Assembly: GCA_051362555.1 (NCBI GenBank)
Contig: CM120640.1
Location: forward strand, 36,289,967 to 36,353,966
Source of the DNA: Lingula anatina
Taxonomy: Eukaryota; Animalia; Brachiopoda
Direction of reading: 5' to 3'
DNA length: 64,000 nucleotides
Positions 14,721 to 26,700 of the stretch are shown here, one piece after another. The stretch's first letter is position 1. Each line of letters starts with the position of its first letter. The translations under genes and the position numbers were made by a program. The notes beneath the pieces were generated by a model. It was not told the DNA's origin. It ran no database searches and was given only the letters and a program-made list of their open reading frames with translations.

Positions 14721-17700
14721 TTAAACAAAGTGCAGTGTTTTTGCAATGTCTTTGGTTAGTAGAGCCCGAATGTGAATGTCATGGAGAAATAAATGTCCGC
14801 TGTTGAACATTTTTATACCAAAGCTGAAATCCTTGTGACGTATATCTTCCCAAGCAGTTAGCTTTTCCCTTGCAACAAATGCATCATTTTTTCCACCATA
14901 TATCTTCAGGGGGCAGGGGAGTTTGGCTGAGGGTACATATTCGTAATTCTTGCTCATTTCATGAGTTGCTCTGAGAACAGGGACAAACTGTCGAAGGATC
15001 ATAGGATTGTTGATGATTTTCCCATCCAAAAATGTTAGCTGCTGTGCCTCTTTCACAAAATTCACATTGTCCATGTTGCCGTCTAGGATTTTATTTCTGA
15101 AAGTAGGGGTTTCTTTGTATGGTATTTGTGGTGCAATCCATGCTCCCATAAAAAGGTGTGCTGGAAGAACCCCTTGCTCATTCAAAAAGTGTGCCAGTTC
15201 AAAGGACAAAAGGGCTCCAAAACTATGACCATAGAAGGCAAACTTCCCATGCTTCAAAAGTGGTCTCATTTCACGAGCTAATATACCAATGACCTCTGAC
15301 ATATTCTTCATAGGTTTCTCCAAGCGTCTTCCTTCCCAGCCAGGCAGCTGGGCCACATAGACCTGAGTGTGAAATTTTGAAAAATATTTTTGCCACCCAT
15401 TAAATGATGTCAGTCCCCCACCTGATGGAGGGAAACAAAAAAGCTGGAACTTTGGATTTTCCAGAATTTTCTCCGTGATGAAGAAAGAAGTTTTTGCCTC
15501 TTTGGATTGGTCAGAACCCTTGACAACCTCTGTTGATGCATTATCTCCTTTGGAATGCAGTTGCTTGCAGATTGTGGAAACTAACTGTGCAACGGTAGTG
15601 CTGCTGTTTAGAAGGTCAACTGGTGGAATTGATACATTGAATTCATTATCAATGAATGCTCTTAGCTCTGTTGCCATCAAGGAGTCAAGTCCCATTTCAA
15701 CTGGAGATGTGTCTTCACTGATGTCAACTATACCTAAGGTCTGCGACAGATAATTTTCAAGCTTTTCCTTAATGCTACTTTCTGTTTGATGAGATCGTGA
15801 ATATTTGCCAACTGCGAGTTCTTGCAATGTTTTCTTGCTAAACAAGTCTTGCAACCTCGATAATGTTACATCACCTTCTACTGCACCTTTTGTGATAAAT
15901 GAACGATGTTTACGTGCATATACTGCTTCGTCAAAATGACCGGTGACACCTAAGTGACTGTACTGAAGCTCAAGCATTGTTCCTAAAACTGCTGTTGTTT
16001 GGGATGGAGAAATGTGTCCTATGCCTTTCTCCTGCCATACTGACACTAAATTGTTGTCAGCTGCAAACCCTGCCTCTGATATTACTCCAAAACTTACAGC
16101 AGTGGCAGGCAGTCCCATACTTCTTCGCATCTCTACTAATGACACCAACACAGAGTTTGCTGTGGCGTAGTTGCTTTGTCCAGCATTTCCTATCAAAGCC
16201 ACTAAAGATGACATCATCACAAAATTTGCCAGAGGTAGGACATATTTCAATGAAATTTGATGTAATAAAACAGCTCCATATGCCTTTGGTAACATTACTG
16301 CCTCCCAGTCTTTCTCAGACATGTTGGTCATCCAATTATCCAAGTAAACTGTTGCACAGTGAAAAATGTTTTCCACTGGGGGTTGAGTTTCCACTATCTC
16401 TGAAAACACAACATCTACAGCACTGGCATCGCTGACATCACATATATACAGTTTAATGTCTGCATTTTTACCAAGCTGATCAAGGACACTTTGGTTTGCA
16501 GTTGTTGGATTACTTCGAGTAAGTATGACAACATGTTTCGACCCTCTTCTGATAAGCCATCTCACAATTTTCAGACCCATACCCTTTGCACCCCCAGTGA
16601 TACACTGTGTCATTTCTGGATTAGGCTTGTAGGTATCTTCTGAAAAGGTAGATACCATTCCCATACTAGGTCTATCAAGATGAATCACCCTACCCATGCA
16701 TTCCTGCAGATATTTGTTTTCAATTTTTGAAGCTGGCAAAGCATGGCCTATGGTTGGTAAATGACACAATTTGTTAGATAATGCATCAACAAACTTCAAT
16801 GTCTCAGCAAGATATTGTGGTATTTTGAGGAGTTGTTTCACCCCAGCACTAATTGGTAGAAACTGGATGTTTTCACGAATGCCATTAAAATTCCTGAGCT
16901 TTAATGGGGTCTGAGTGAAAACAACAAACACACCAAAATCGCAGAGGCAATCAAGGCACTGGAAATATCCTTTCTTGTTTATCAGATACTGGCCAGTTGC
17001 AACAACAGCACTGAACTTTCCAATATTCTGCAAAGTATCTTCTTGGAGAACCTCTTCATCTTCCATAAAATTGCTGATTTTTTGTCCACATGGCAGTTTT
17101 TCATGATCTGGGCAGTCATTATTACACTGGTAGCTTAAAATGGTAACATTACACCCTAAGGTTTTGAGAATCTGTGCAGTGACCAATCCTTTTCTGGATT
17201 CTTCACAAGTACAAACCAGCACTCTATCATCTTCTCGAACAGATTTGGCAGAGTAGACCATAATTACACTTGCTACAGCATCATTCACTAGAGAGAGCAA
17301 TGCAGCGTGAGAGGTCTCGAAATTTCCCAGTGGCATGACATTTTCTTGAGGGATCAAAGTTTCAGATTTGAGACATCCCTTAAAAACTGCAATAACAGTT
17401 TGCCCATCTTGTAAATTAGCTTCACTGCCTTTGCTTTGTATTACATGTCCTGTGCAAATGAAGTGTGGGTCATCATCAAAGTAGCCATCTGCAATAAAGT
17501 GCTCAATGGATATCCGGAAAGAGTTATCAGGTTGTACATCTGTGATTGTATCTCCTTCATACACATATTTTATCTGCTTTGCCTTGTTTTGGTGCAGCCT
17601 GAACTGGTGAGAAACAATGGGATGTCTTCTCGTCAAAGGTGATTGGAACTTAGTTCTTCTCACAAATAACTGTAGTGAGTGTGCTGTTTTAGGGCGAAGC

Positions 17701-20700
17701 GCAAATTCATTTTCCCCGAAAGGCGGAAAACAGAGTAGGTTCATGAGCTCAGTTTCAGGTGTTGAGATGTCACTCAAGCTCGAAATATCTACCATGTAAA
17801 CCCTGGCACTAGGGTACTCATGGAGTGTACTCAGGCCAACTGCAAAGGTAGAGGCAGTGAAAGGTGATACTTGATCTCCTTCTGATACCTGAAAACCCTT
17901 GACAGTAATGATCCATAGCTTTGGCAATACATCTCCAAGATTTAAAATGCCAAGGATAACATCTCTTGCAAAAGATGAACTGCTCTTTATAAGCTTCCAC
18001 ACATCTTCTTTTGTTGTAATTGTTGGCCCAGAAATATGACTCTCATTTTGGGAAATGAGTATCAGGACAATATCATCCACATTCAGTTTTCTTTCATCTT
18101 GGAGGTCAAGTATTTTCACTACTCTGTGTAACTTTTTCAGTGAACTCTGTAGAACAGTCAAATCTTCCTTGTTGTCACTGGTTAAGTAGAATACCGGGGA
18201 TGCCTCTCCTTTCTTTTCATTCTGTTTGGGTAATGCCGCTTCAACCCAGAAGATGCTCCACACCTTCATTGGATCCTTAGAATGCTCCCCTTCTAATGAC
18301 TGAAAGGACAGGTTGTCTATCCTACAGCATACAATTCCAGAATCTGCATCAATTGCCAAAACCTCATTTTGATCCTCATCAGTGGCACTCAGCATTTTGA
18401 TGTATACAGCTACCCTTTTGGGTGTTTTCTTGCTATAGTAAGTAAAGCGCTTCAATGAAGATGGGAATGCTGGAGAATTAGTACGGAGCAAGTGGAGAAC
18501 AGCAAAGCTCTGCATCATGCAATCAAGGAAAGCTGGATGAAAGTTGTACAGCATGAATTCTTTCCAAATTTCATCTGGTGCTTCTGTATGAATTAGGCAC
18601 TTTGTGAAGCTTTTGTTAAAGGATGCCTGTTGAATTGCTCTGAAGGCTGATCCTAGTTGGATTTCACCAACAGCCAGATTGCTGTAAAATTCTTCAGAAC
18701 TATAGTGTAACTCAAGAGAGTCTTGTATATGTTCCAGTTTTCCTTGAGGAAGAGTAAATGCTTCTCTCACAATATCTACCTCTTGAGTCTTGAATTCATC
18801 TTCTTCCAAAGCCACAACTTTACAGCTGACATGCTCTATGTAGTCACTCTGGTCACCACTACATATTTTGATATTTGTTGTCGGATCATTTTCTTGAAAG
18901 ATCGTATGTATAGTTGCTTCTCCATTTTTGGGGAAGAGAAAGCGTTTCAATTCCACATCTTCCAGTGTTATAGTTTCTCTTTTTTGGCGCACTGCATTGA
19001 CAGCTTCCAATGCTGTTTCTATGTAGGCTGTACCAGGGAGGATGACGCTGCCTTGGATTATGTGGTGACTCACCCAGGGTGTGTTTATTCTTGAAATCTT
19101 GCTTTTCCAGTGGAATTGGAAGGGGGGGTCATTGTTATACATGCTGACATCTTCTTGCATTTCTCCCAATAATGGATGGCTATGGACAGGAAAAAGGTAT
19201 TCTCTTCTCACAAAATCTGTTATTCCACTGCAAGTGATACGTTCCCAAGGGTAGAGGGGTAAATGCATCACTTTGTAAGCAGATGGAAACATGGCTTCAT
19301 ATTGGACAGGGTATCCTTCACAGTGGAGGGAAGTCAAGGTCTTCACAACATTTTTCAAATCTTCTAAGATTGGTGATGAAGCTGTAGGTCTTTTAAGTGT
19401 CTCTAATACCACTACTTTCACTGGCTTGTCTGCTCTTGCTCCAATGATATCTTTTATTGGACCTCTAAGTGCCGGATGAGCACCAATCTCAACAAAAATG
19501 GAATAGCCTTCATCAAGAAGAGTGTCCACAGCACTTTGGAATTTGACTTGTTGTCTAACATTTTTCCACCAATACATGCCATCATTTACATCTGCGTAAT
19601 GATTGTAATTGTTGGTAACAGTGGAAATCATAGGAACTTGGACAGCATTGACCACCTCTTGTTTTGCTAGTGGTTTCATCTTTTGGAGGAATTTCTCTTT
19701 CAGTGGCTCTTGTTGGTAGCTATGAAATGCATTGTTTACTTTCAACTGAACAGCTCGAATCCCTTCTTGGTTAAACATTTCAGCTAGGGCATCGACTGAG
19801 GATGCTGAGCCTGAGAAAACTACTTGTGAAGGACTGTTGATGGCTGCCACATCAATATATACAGAATGCTTGCTTTCATTCAATTTTGCTTGAGCTGCAT
19901 CTGTATTGTGTAACACAGCTAGCATTTTCCCACTGCCGCTGGTTTTCTTCAATAGCTTGCCACGGTTGTAAATAATCAGCACAGCACTGTCAAATGATAG
20001 CATACCTGATGCATAAGCTGCAGCCACTTCTCCTACACTGTGACCTACCACAGCATCTGGCCGGACACCAAATTTCCGCAAGACTTCAACAAGACCTATC
20101 TGAACGGCACAGATAGCAGGCTGGGCATATTCTGTAATAAAAGTGCTTGTAGTCTTCTGGTGTTCTTGTATTGTATTTATATATTTGTAGTAGACAAATT
20201 GAGTGGGTGATCATCACAAGTAACAAAAGTTAGAGGAGTCTACTACTAAAGAAACAAAAGCTTGAAGCCATGAGACCTCTTCTTGATATGTCTTCGCCTT
20301 CATGATATCTCTTCTGTACTATGTAAGCTAGATTTACACATATATATTAACCACAAAATAAAAACAAATTGCCAGATATTTACCTGTTTGATTTATCAAA
20401 TCTTCATCCTGATTGTTCATTAGTAGCCACTGCATTGACCACTTTGCTCCACACCTTTTCAAGCAGGTATCAAAGTTCTGAATTGGGAAAATGATTGGCT
20501 TTTATAAGTAAAATACCTTTTTGATGTTGAGATATTTAACATTTGGAAATATCCTAGATTAATATTACTAAAAATCACTTATAATTATGTATAGCAAATT
20601 AGGTCCTACTTTCACAGAAGACAACAATAAAATCCCCGATTCCATTTTAATTAGACACTAGTCTCCCTCCTGTAACATGGAAAAAAATGCCAAGTTGGGA

Positions 20701-23700
20701 CTCCTATGGGCTAATAAACATTAAAATGTGTCATTGGCAATGGGCTCCACACAGATCCCAAATTCACTATTCTAAAAAAAAGCTTTAACTTGGCACCCAC
20801 AGTACTATCCACCATATAATTGTATTTAAAAAGTATCACTGAGCAAACTAATATGTACAGACTTGACATTGTAAACATGGAATGTTTCAGTTTAATAGGT
20901 ACTAGGTATGTCTTGGTATAAAACATACTGTTTTTAAAAACATTTATTTCATATGAGATATGTGAATAAATAAATGTGTAGTCAGGTGTGTCAGTAGTAC
21001 TAAATTAATTAATTGACTGTGTTGTCTGTAACATTACATAATATGCAATAGTTTCATTGAGAAGTACTCTTTGACTGCCCTTTATATGAGTATGAGAGAT
21101 CATGGTTCTGTTAAAAAAAGTCTTCATATTTCAATTATGCCTTCACAGATTATTAAAAAATTTTGCATACAATTAGTCAGTTAAAGGGAGTATTCAGAAC
21201 AAGTTGATTTGCAGACTAACAGATACATGGATCAAATATGACCAACCCACTTAAAAGCTTGGTGTATATACATGTACCCTAACAGACACTAGATAGAATC
21301 CCCGCAGGGCTAGGTCATAATGTTTCAGGTGGGTCAGCTAGAATGTACAAAGATCTACTAACACTATTGATTGTTGTTGTATGACTAAAAATCAGCCATG
21401 TATTTTGTCTGTTTAGTAAGGGTAATTAAGTTACTTAAGTGATGTCACAATGACACTATAGAGATAGTTAGAAGTTTCTAGAACATGATTTGAATCCTTT
21501 TTTTTTTCATTTATCCGTCAGAAAAATAGGAAAAAATTGAAGAAAAATGATTTGGAAAAAATATTCAACAGTAAGTGCCAAGTTTTTATGCTAGCTATAT
21601 GTCCAACAGCTATAGCATTACAGTGACAAGATTAATATTTTATAAATAATTCATATCATACCTGGATTGTTTTGGCAAATGTTGGTTCCTGGTGAACAAG
21701 CTGTCGGCCCATTCCCCACCACTGTGTTCCCATGCCATTGAAAACAAATACCAGTGGTGTTTGCGTATTTGAATCCACAGCTTCACCTGAAACAAAACCA
21801 GCAGCCACTTTCTGTGTCTTGAAAGTCTCCAAAGAATGCAAAATTTCGGACGCATCTCTCCCAAGAACACCAAGGCGATGTTGATGATGATGTGAGCGCA
21901 GGCAAGTAGTAGCTGCCACATCATAGAATCTCTCTGGTTCTTGATCCTGTATCTTGCGAAACAACTCAATGAAGTCGTCAACGCGTGATGACAATGCTGT
22001 AGGTGTTGCTGCAGATATCAACACAACCTATTCACGCGAAAACAAATTTTTTTCCAATTTAAATACAAAGCTGTCCTAAGTGTGTTTTTGTTTGTTTGTT
22101 TGTTTATTTGTTTGTTTGTTAAGGTGTTGGAGTCAAACAGATATAGCCTTTGGTGTATAAGCATGAGAGAAGATTTACGTTATCCAGGAGACTAGTTTTT
22201 AATACTGACATTGTATAGTTGGCCATGCATTTTTGCATAAGATGCCACATGGCATAAGTTATTTCACAGATTTGGTATGCCAGAATAAATGCCATACATA
22301 GAGAAGCTGGGTTAAATAGTAACCCCTGGTCTATGTGATATATAATAAAATTGAAAACATAATCTATCCACCCAATATATTATGAAATTTTTTGTCTTTA
22401 CCTTAATTTGTGGTCCTGATTCATGTTCTGGCAGAAGTAGATCATTGGTGGAAGGAGGGGCTTCAAGTATTACATGGGCATTTGCACCTCCAAAACCAAA
22501 TGAACTGCAACCAGCAATCAAAGGCATTTCTTCTACATAAGGCCAAATTATCAATTCCTTTGGAACCTTGATATTCAGTTCTTTGAACTTTATTTTTGGA
22601 TTGCCCAACTTGAAATGTACTACTGGAGGTATCAATTCATTGTGTATCATCAGAGCAACCTTGATGACCCCAGCAATGCCTGATGACCCTTCACAATGGC
22701 CAATGTTTGACTTAACTGAGCCAATATAAAGTGGGGTTTTTGCATCTTTAATTTGACCAATAGTCTTTCCAAGAGCGTTGGCTTCAGTGGCATCACCTAC
22801 TTGTGTACCAGTCCCATGGGCTTCCACGTATTGTATATCTTGTGGGTTTATCATAGCGTGACGACAAGCACGATATACAAGATTGACTTGTGCGGAATAG
22901 CTTGGGTTGGCAATGCCCGGAGTTCTGCCATCATTGCTGAGTGCACCACCGCGGATGACTGCATAAATCCGGTCTCCATCTTCAACAGCCTTGTTCAATG
23001 ATTTTAAAATAATTACCCCAGCCCCTTCACTTCGACAGTACCCATCAGCAGAGGAATCAAAGCTTTTGCTCCTACCATCAGGTGCCAGCATGCCAGCTTG
23101 ACAAAATCCAATAGTGATTTCTGGCATCATTATAACATTGACCCCCCCTGCCACTGCCATGTCGCAGTCACCGTTTCGGATGGCTTCTGAAGCTAGATGA
23201 ACAGCATACAGTGAAGAGGAACAAGCTGTGTCAATGGAGAAACTAGGTCCACGGAGATCAAACTCGTATGATATACGATTGGAAACCATACAACTGTTAG
23301 TGCCAGAGTTTGAGTATTGACTGATAGCGTCAGATCTTGCAGATGTTAAGGTTGTGTATTCGCTAGCTGTCACCCCCATGTAAACACCTGAAAGCACACA
23401 TTCAACATCTCATTACCAAATGCAAGTCATATAATTCCATTAGCTGTATGTATAAGCGCAATCAGAATGTAACATGCACTTTGTAAAAATAGATAGGTAA
23501 AATTTAGACAAAAGTAGAAGTAAAAATTAAATTTTAGAGGAAATAACCACCTGTACCCACCAGTCCTTAAGAAAAATCTCAGAAGAAAAGACCACAAAAG
23601 GGAAAAAAAGAATTGCCATTGTTAAAAATATCTGAGAAAGCTGGCTCTTACATATTGTGTATCGATGGGGTATTATTCTTAAAGGATGTGTTAACTCGTG

Positions 23701-26700
23701 TATCTTTACAATTTATGTTGAGTTTTGGCGAAAGTTATCAATATTAACGCAAAAAAAACTAGTGTTGAAAAAGGCAATCCACTTATGCAGATTTTTGAAA
23801 GGAAATTTTTTATCAAAGTTGTCCAGTTATTTTTTTTAGTAAAACAAAATATGGTTTATCAGTGAACATGTTCAACAGGTGTGGTGGATGGTAATGGCGA
23901 TGGAGCAGACAGGCACAGTGATCAGAACAAATCAAGCACATACAGTGCCTGTATTAAAAATTGAAAGAATAAGAATCGATTAAAACGTTGTCTTGTTGAG
24001 GGGTCTGGTTCAATCAAGCCATTTTTTTTTCTTGTCTCGAAGATTACATACTGGAAATCTGGTAAGTTATGATTATAACACTGACAATAATTCTGATAAT
24101 AAATACTGGTTAAAGGTATAATTCATGTTCTGATGGCTAAACAAACTAAAAGCCAACGTCACAACATTCAATCAAGACACTGTTGGGGTTTGAACTAATG
24201 CTGAAACACCTTTGGATCAGCAGTGATAATGTTTATGATATTCACTTAAGTCCATATTGACATTTTACCAAACTGTACAACCCACTCCACCTGTAAACAT
24301 TTATTTTGGAAAGGCAAAGACAGCTCAGGGTAGCAGTACAAGTGGCCTTCGCAACGTTTACTACACCTACCGCAGTTAGTCCCTCGGATGGACCTTGCTG
24401 GAATTCCACCATCTTCGAAGGCCTCCCACACCACTTCTAAGAGGAGACGGACTTGAGGATCCATGTGATTTGCTTCGTCTGAAAGCAGTTTCATTGAATT
24501 TCATTGAATATTGAACTTTATCAGTCTATTTATCTGTTTAAATTATTGTACTGTAACACTAAAAATGGTGCAAAATCTAATGCTCAAGCGTTTCAACCCT
24601 TTATTACTCTTGTTAAAGCAATAATAACTCTTCCTTTGAGATTCAAAATTCCACAAGAAATACATTCTAAACAACACACGGAAATATATTATATTGCATT
24701 TCACCACTAAAACGGCTGTTATTGTAGTAAAATTAAAAACTGTGCTTGTCAATAGGGCTTTCGGTGCCTTTCTTCCCGGTCATCAAGGCATTCGTTGCCA
24801 AGGATTTTGGCGCATCACGCGGATTCTCGCGTGCATTCGAGACAAAAATAACATGTGGCGGGATGAGATATAGCACAATTCTCAGACGTAAGTTGCGAGT
24901 TTTTGTACGGTGTGTCGGATAACGAATAGCCCAGAACTGCACACGTTGTGGATATAAATGCATTCTGAGCAATAAGACGATTATATCGTATGAATCTTAT
25001 TTTATTGTAATAAAGTGTTGTTGTTGTCTGCTTTTCCCACGGTTTTAAGTAGGTCATCAGAAAACCCCGCTCGATAGGCTATGTTAGAGAGGGCTCCGTC
25101 AGTTAAAATCTCTTAAGAGATTTTAACAAAAAACCAAGCGTTTAGGAAAAAAACCCTGGACTAACTTTGAATGCAGGAATGGGGTCGTTGACCATTGGTA
25201 AATTTGGGAAAATTGCCGTTTACGCCAGGAAAATCCAATTTTTGGCCAAAACGAAGTGTTATTATGACTTTAACTGTTTCAAGTACTTCTAATTCTGTGT
25301 ATGTCCACTTTACAAAATAAAAGTAGATCAGACATCATCAGCAAGGTCTGCTTAACACAACATGCCTAATGGACTGTTGTACTTCTAAGACCCCCTTCCC
25401 ATACCTAGATTGATCTAGGTATGGGAATGGGGTCTAAGATGTATGATTTAGTGTCTGGTTTATCAACTGACTCTTGGTCTTGTAGGTATATCAGCAACAA
25501 CTTACATTAATTGTTCACGAGCTCATTTAGATATAAACCATTTACATGTGGGTTTTAGGATGGTTTATTTAAAAACACCTTGAAAACGTACGACGCATTG
25601 ACGAGTGATAACGGGGTCCCATGTGGTCAGATAAAACCTGCCAGTATATAATATTAAACAGCAAAATATAAACAAAATATAGAAAAATATACTTAAAAGA
25701 AATTTTAAAATGAACTAAAAGGAACCACTTCCCTAATATTCATAATATAAAAGAAATAACATAAATCGTATAAAGCAAATTTAAGAAACTACAAGCACTG
25801 AGGAAAAAAAATAATGAGAAATTATTAAATAAGAAAACTTTGGAAGTGACCCAAGTCAGTCCTACTTTGAAAATGTAACACATGACGATAAGTGATAACG
25901 AATTCTCACGTAGCAAGATCAAAGCTGCTGCAGATTGGACCAAGGTAGCTATTTTTGTGAACCAAGTAGGAGATACATGTGAAGGTGATGTAACGGCTGG
26001 AAATGGAGCCTATTTACCGCTCTCTCATTGGTCGGAATAAATTAAACACTGAGAAAATTGGGAGAAGATGTCTGTTATGCTCTTGTTTAAGTCACATTTT
26101 CCAGAAAACAGGCTACAAGGGTACCCATAGTTTTAACTGTACTATTACATAACAATTACGAAGCTGATCATTGTGTAAATTAGAGATGCCAGTAGAAGAA
26201 CATATTGACCTACCTAGCTTAAACATTGAAATACTTCAACACCAATTATTTTTTAATATGCAGCTCCTAAGTGAGAGGGATACGTTTCTTACCAAGCGGT
26301 TGATAAAGAGGGTAGTTTTGACCATGTTCCGTGAGAGCCATTCAGAGGGATACCATCATTCCAAACAGGCACTTGAGACATATGGGACAACATCATTACC
26401 AAACAGGCACACAGGCAAAATTACCTGGGCAAGACCGACTGAAGAAAACCACACCATGAGAAAGAGAGAGTGACCGCGGTGGATTTAGTGGTCACTACAA
26501 TATTTTTTTATTTTGAAAAAGATTCATTAATCATTGGCAAGTATTCTAGATAGATATTCACACCACGAACATCTGTTTTACTCCACCTTCCCTGCCAAAA
26601 TGAAGAGTGTTATCCCTTTGCATTATTGCACATTATATGTGGTATGTTTCAACCTCAGTACATGTTTTCTTCATACAAAATTGCAATGTAAAAATATACC

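Noticed and set aside
15007-19670. Plus-strand ORFs overlapping the large PKS exon (also at 47905-52790)
   Set aside because: They are antisense shadows of the PKS frame; they recur in both copies only because the PKS is duplicated.
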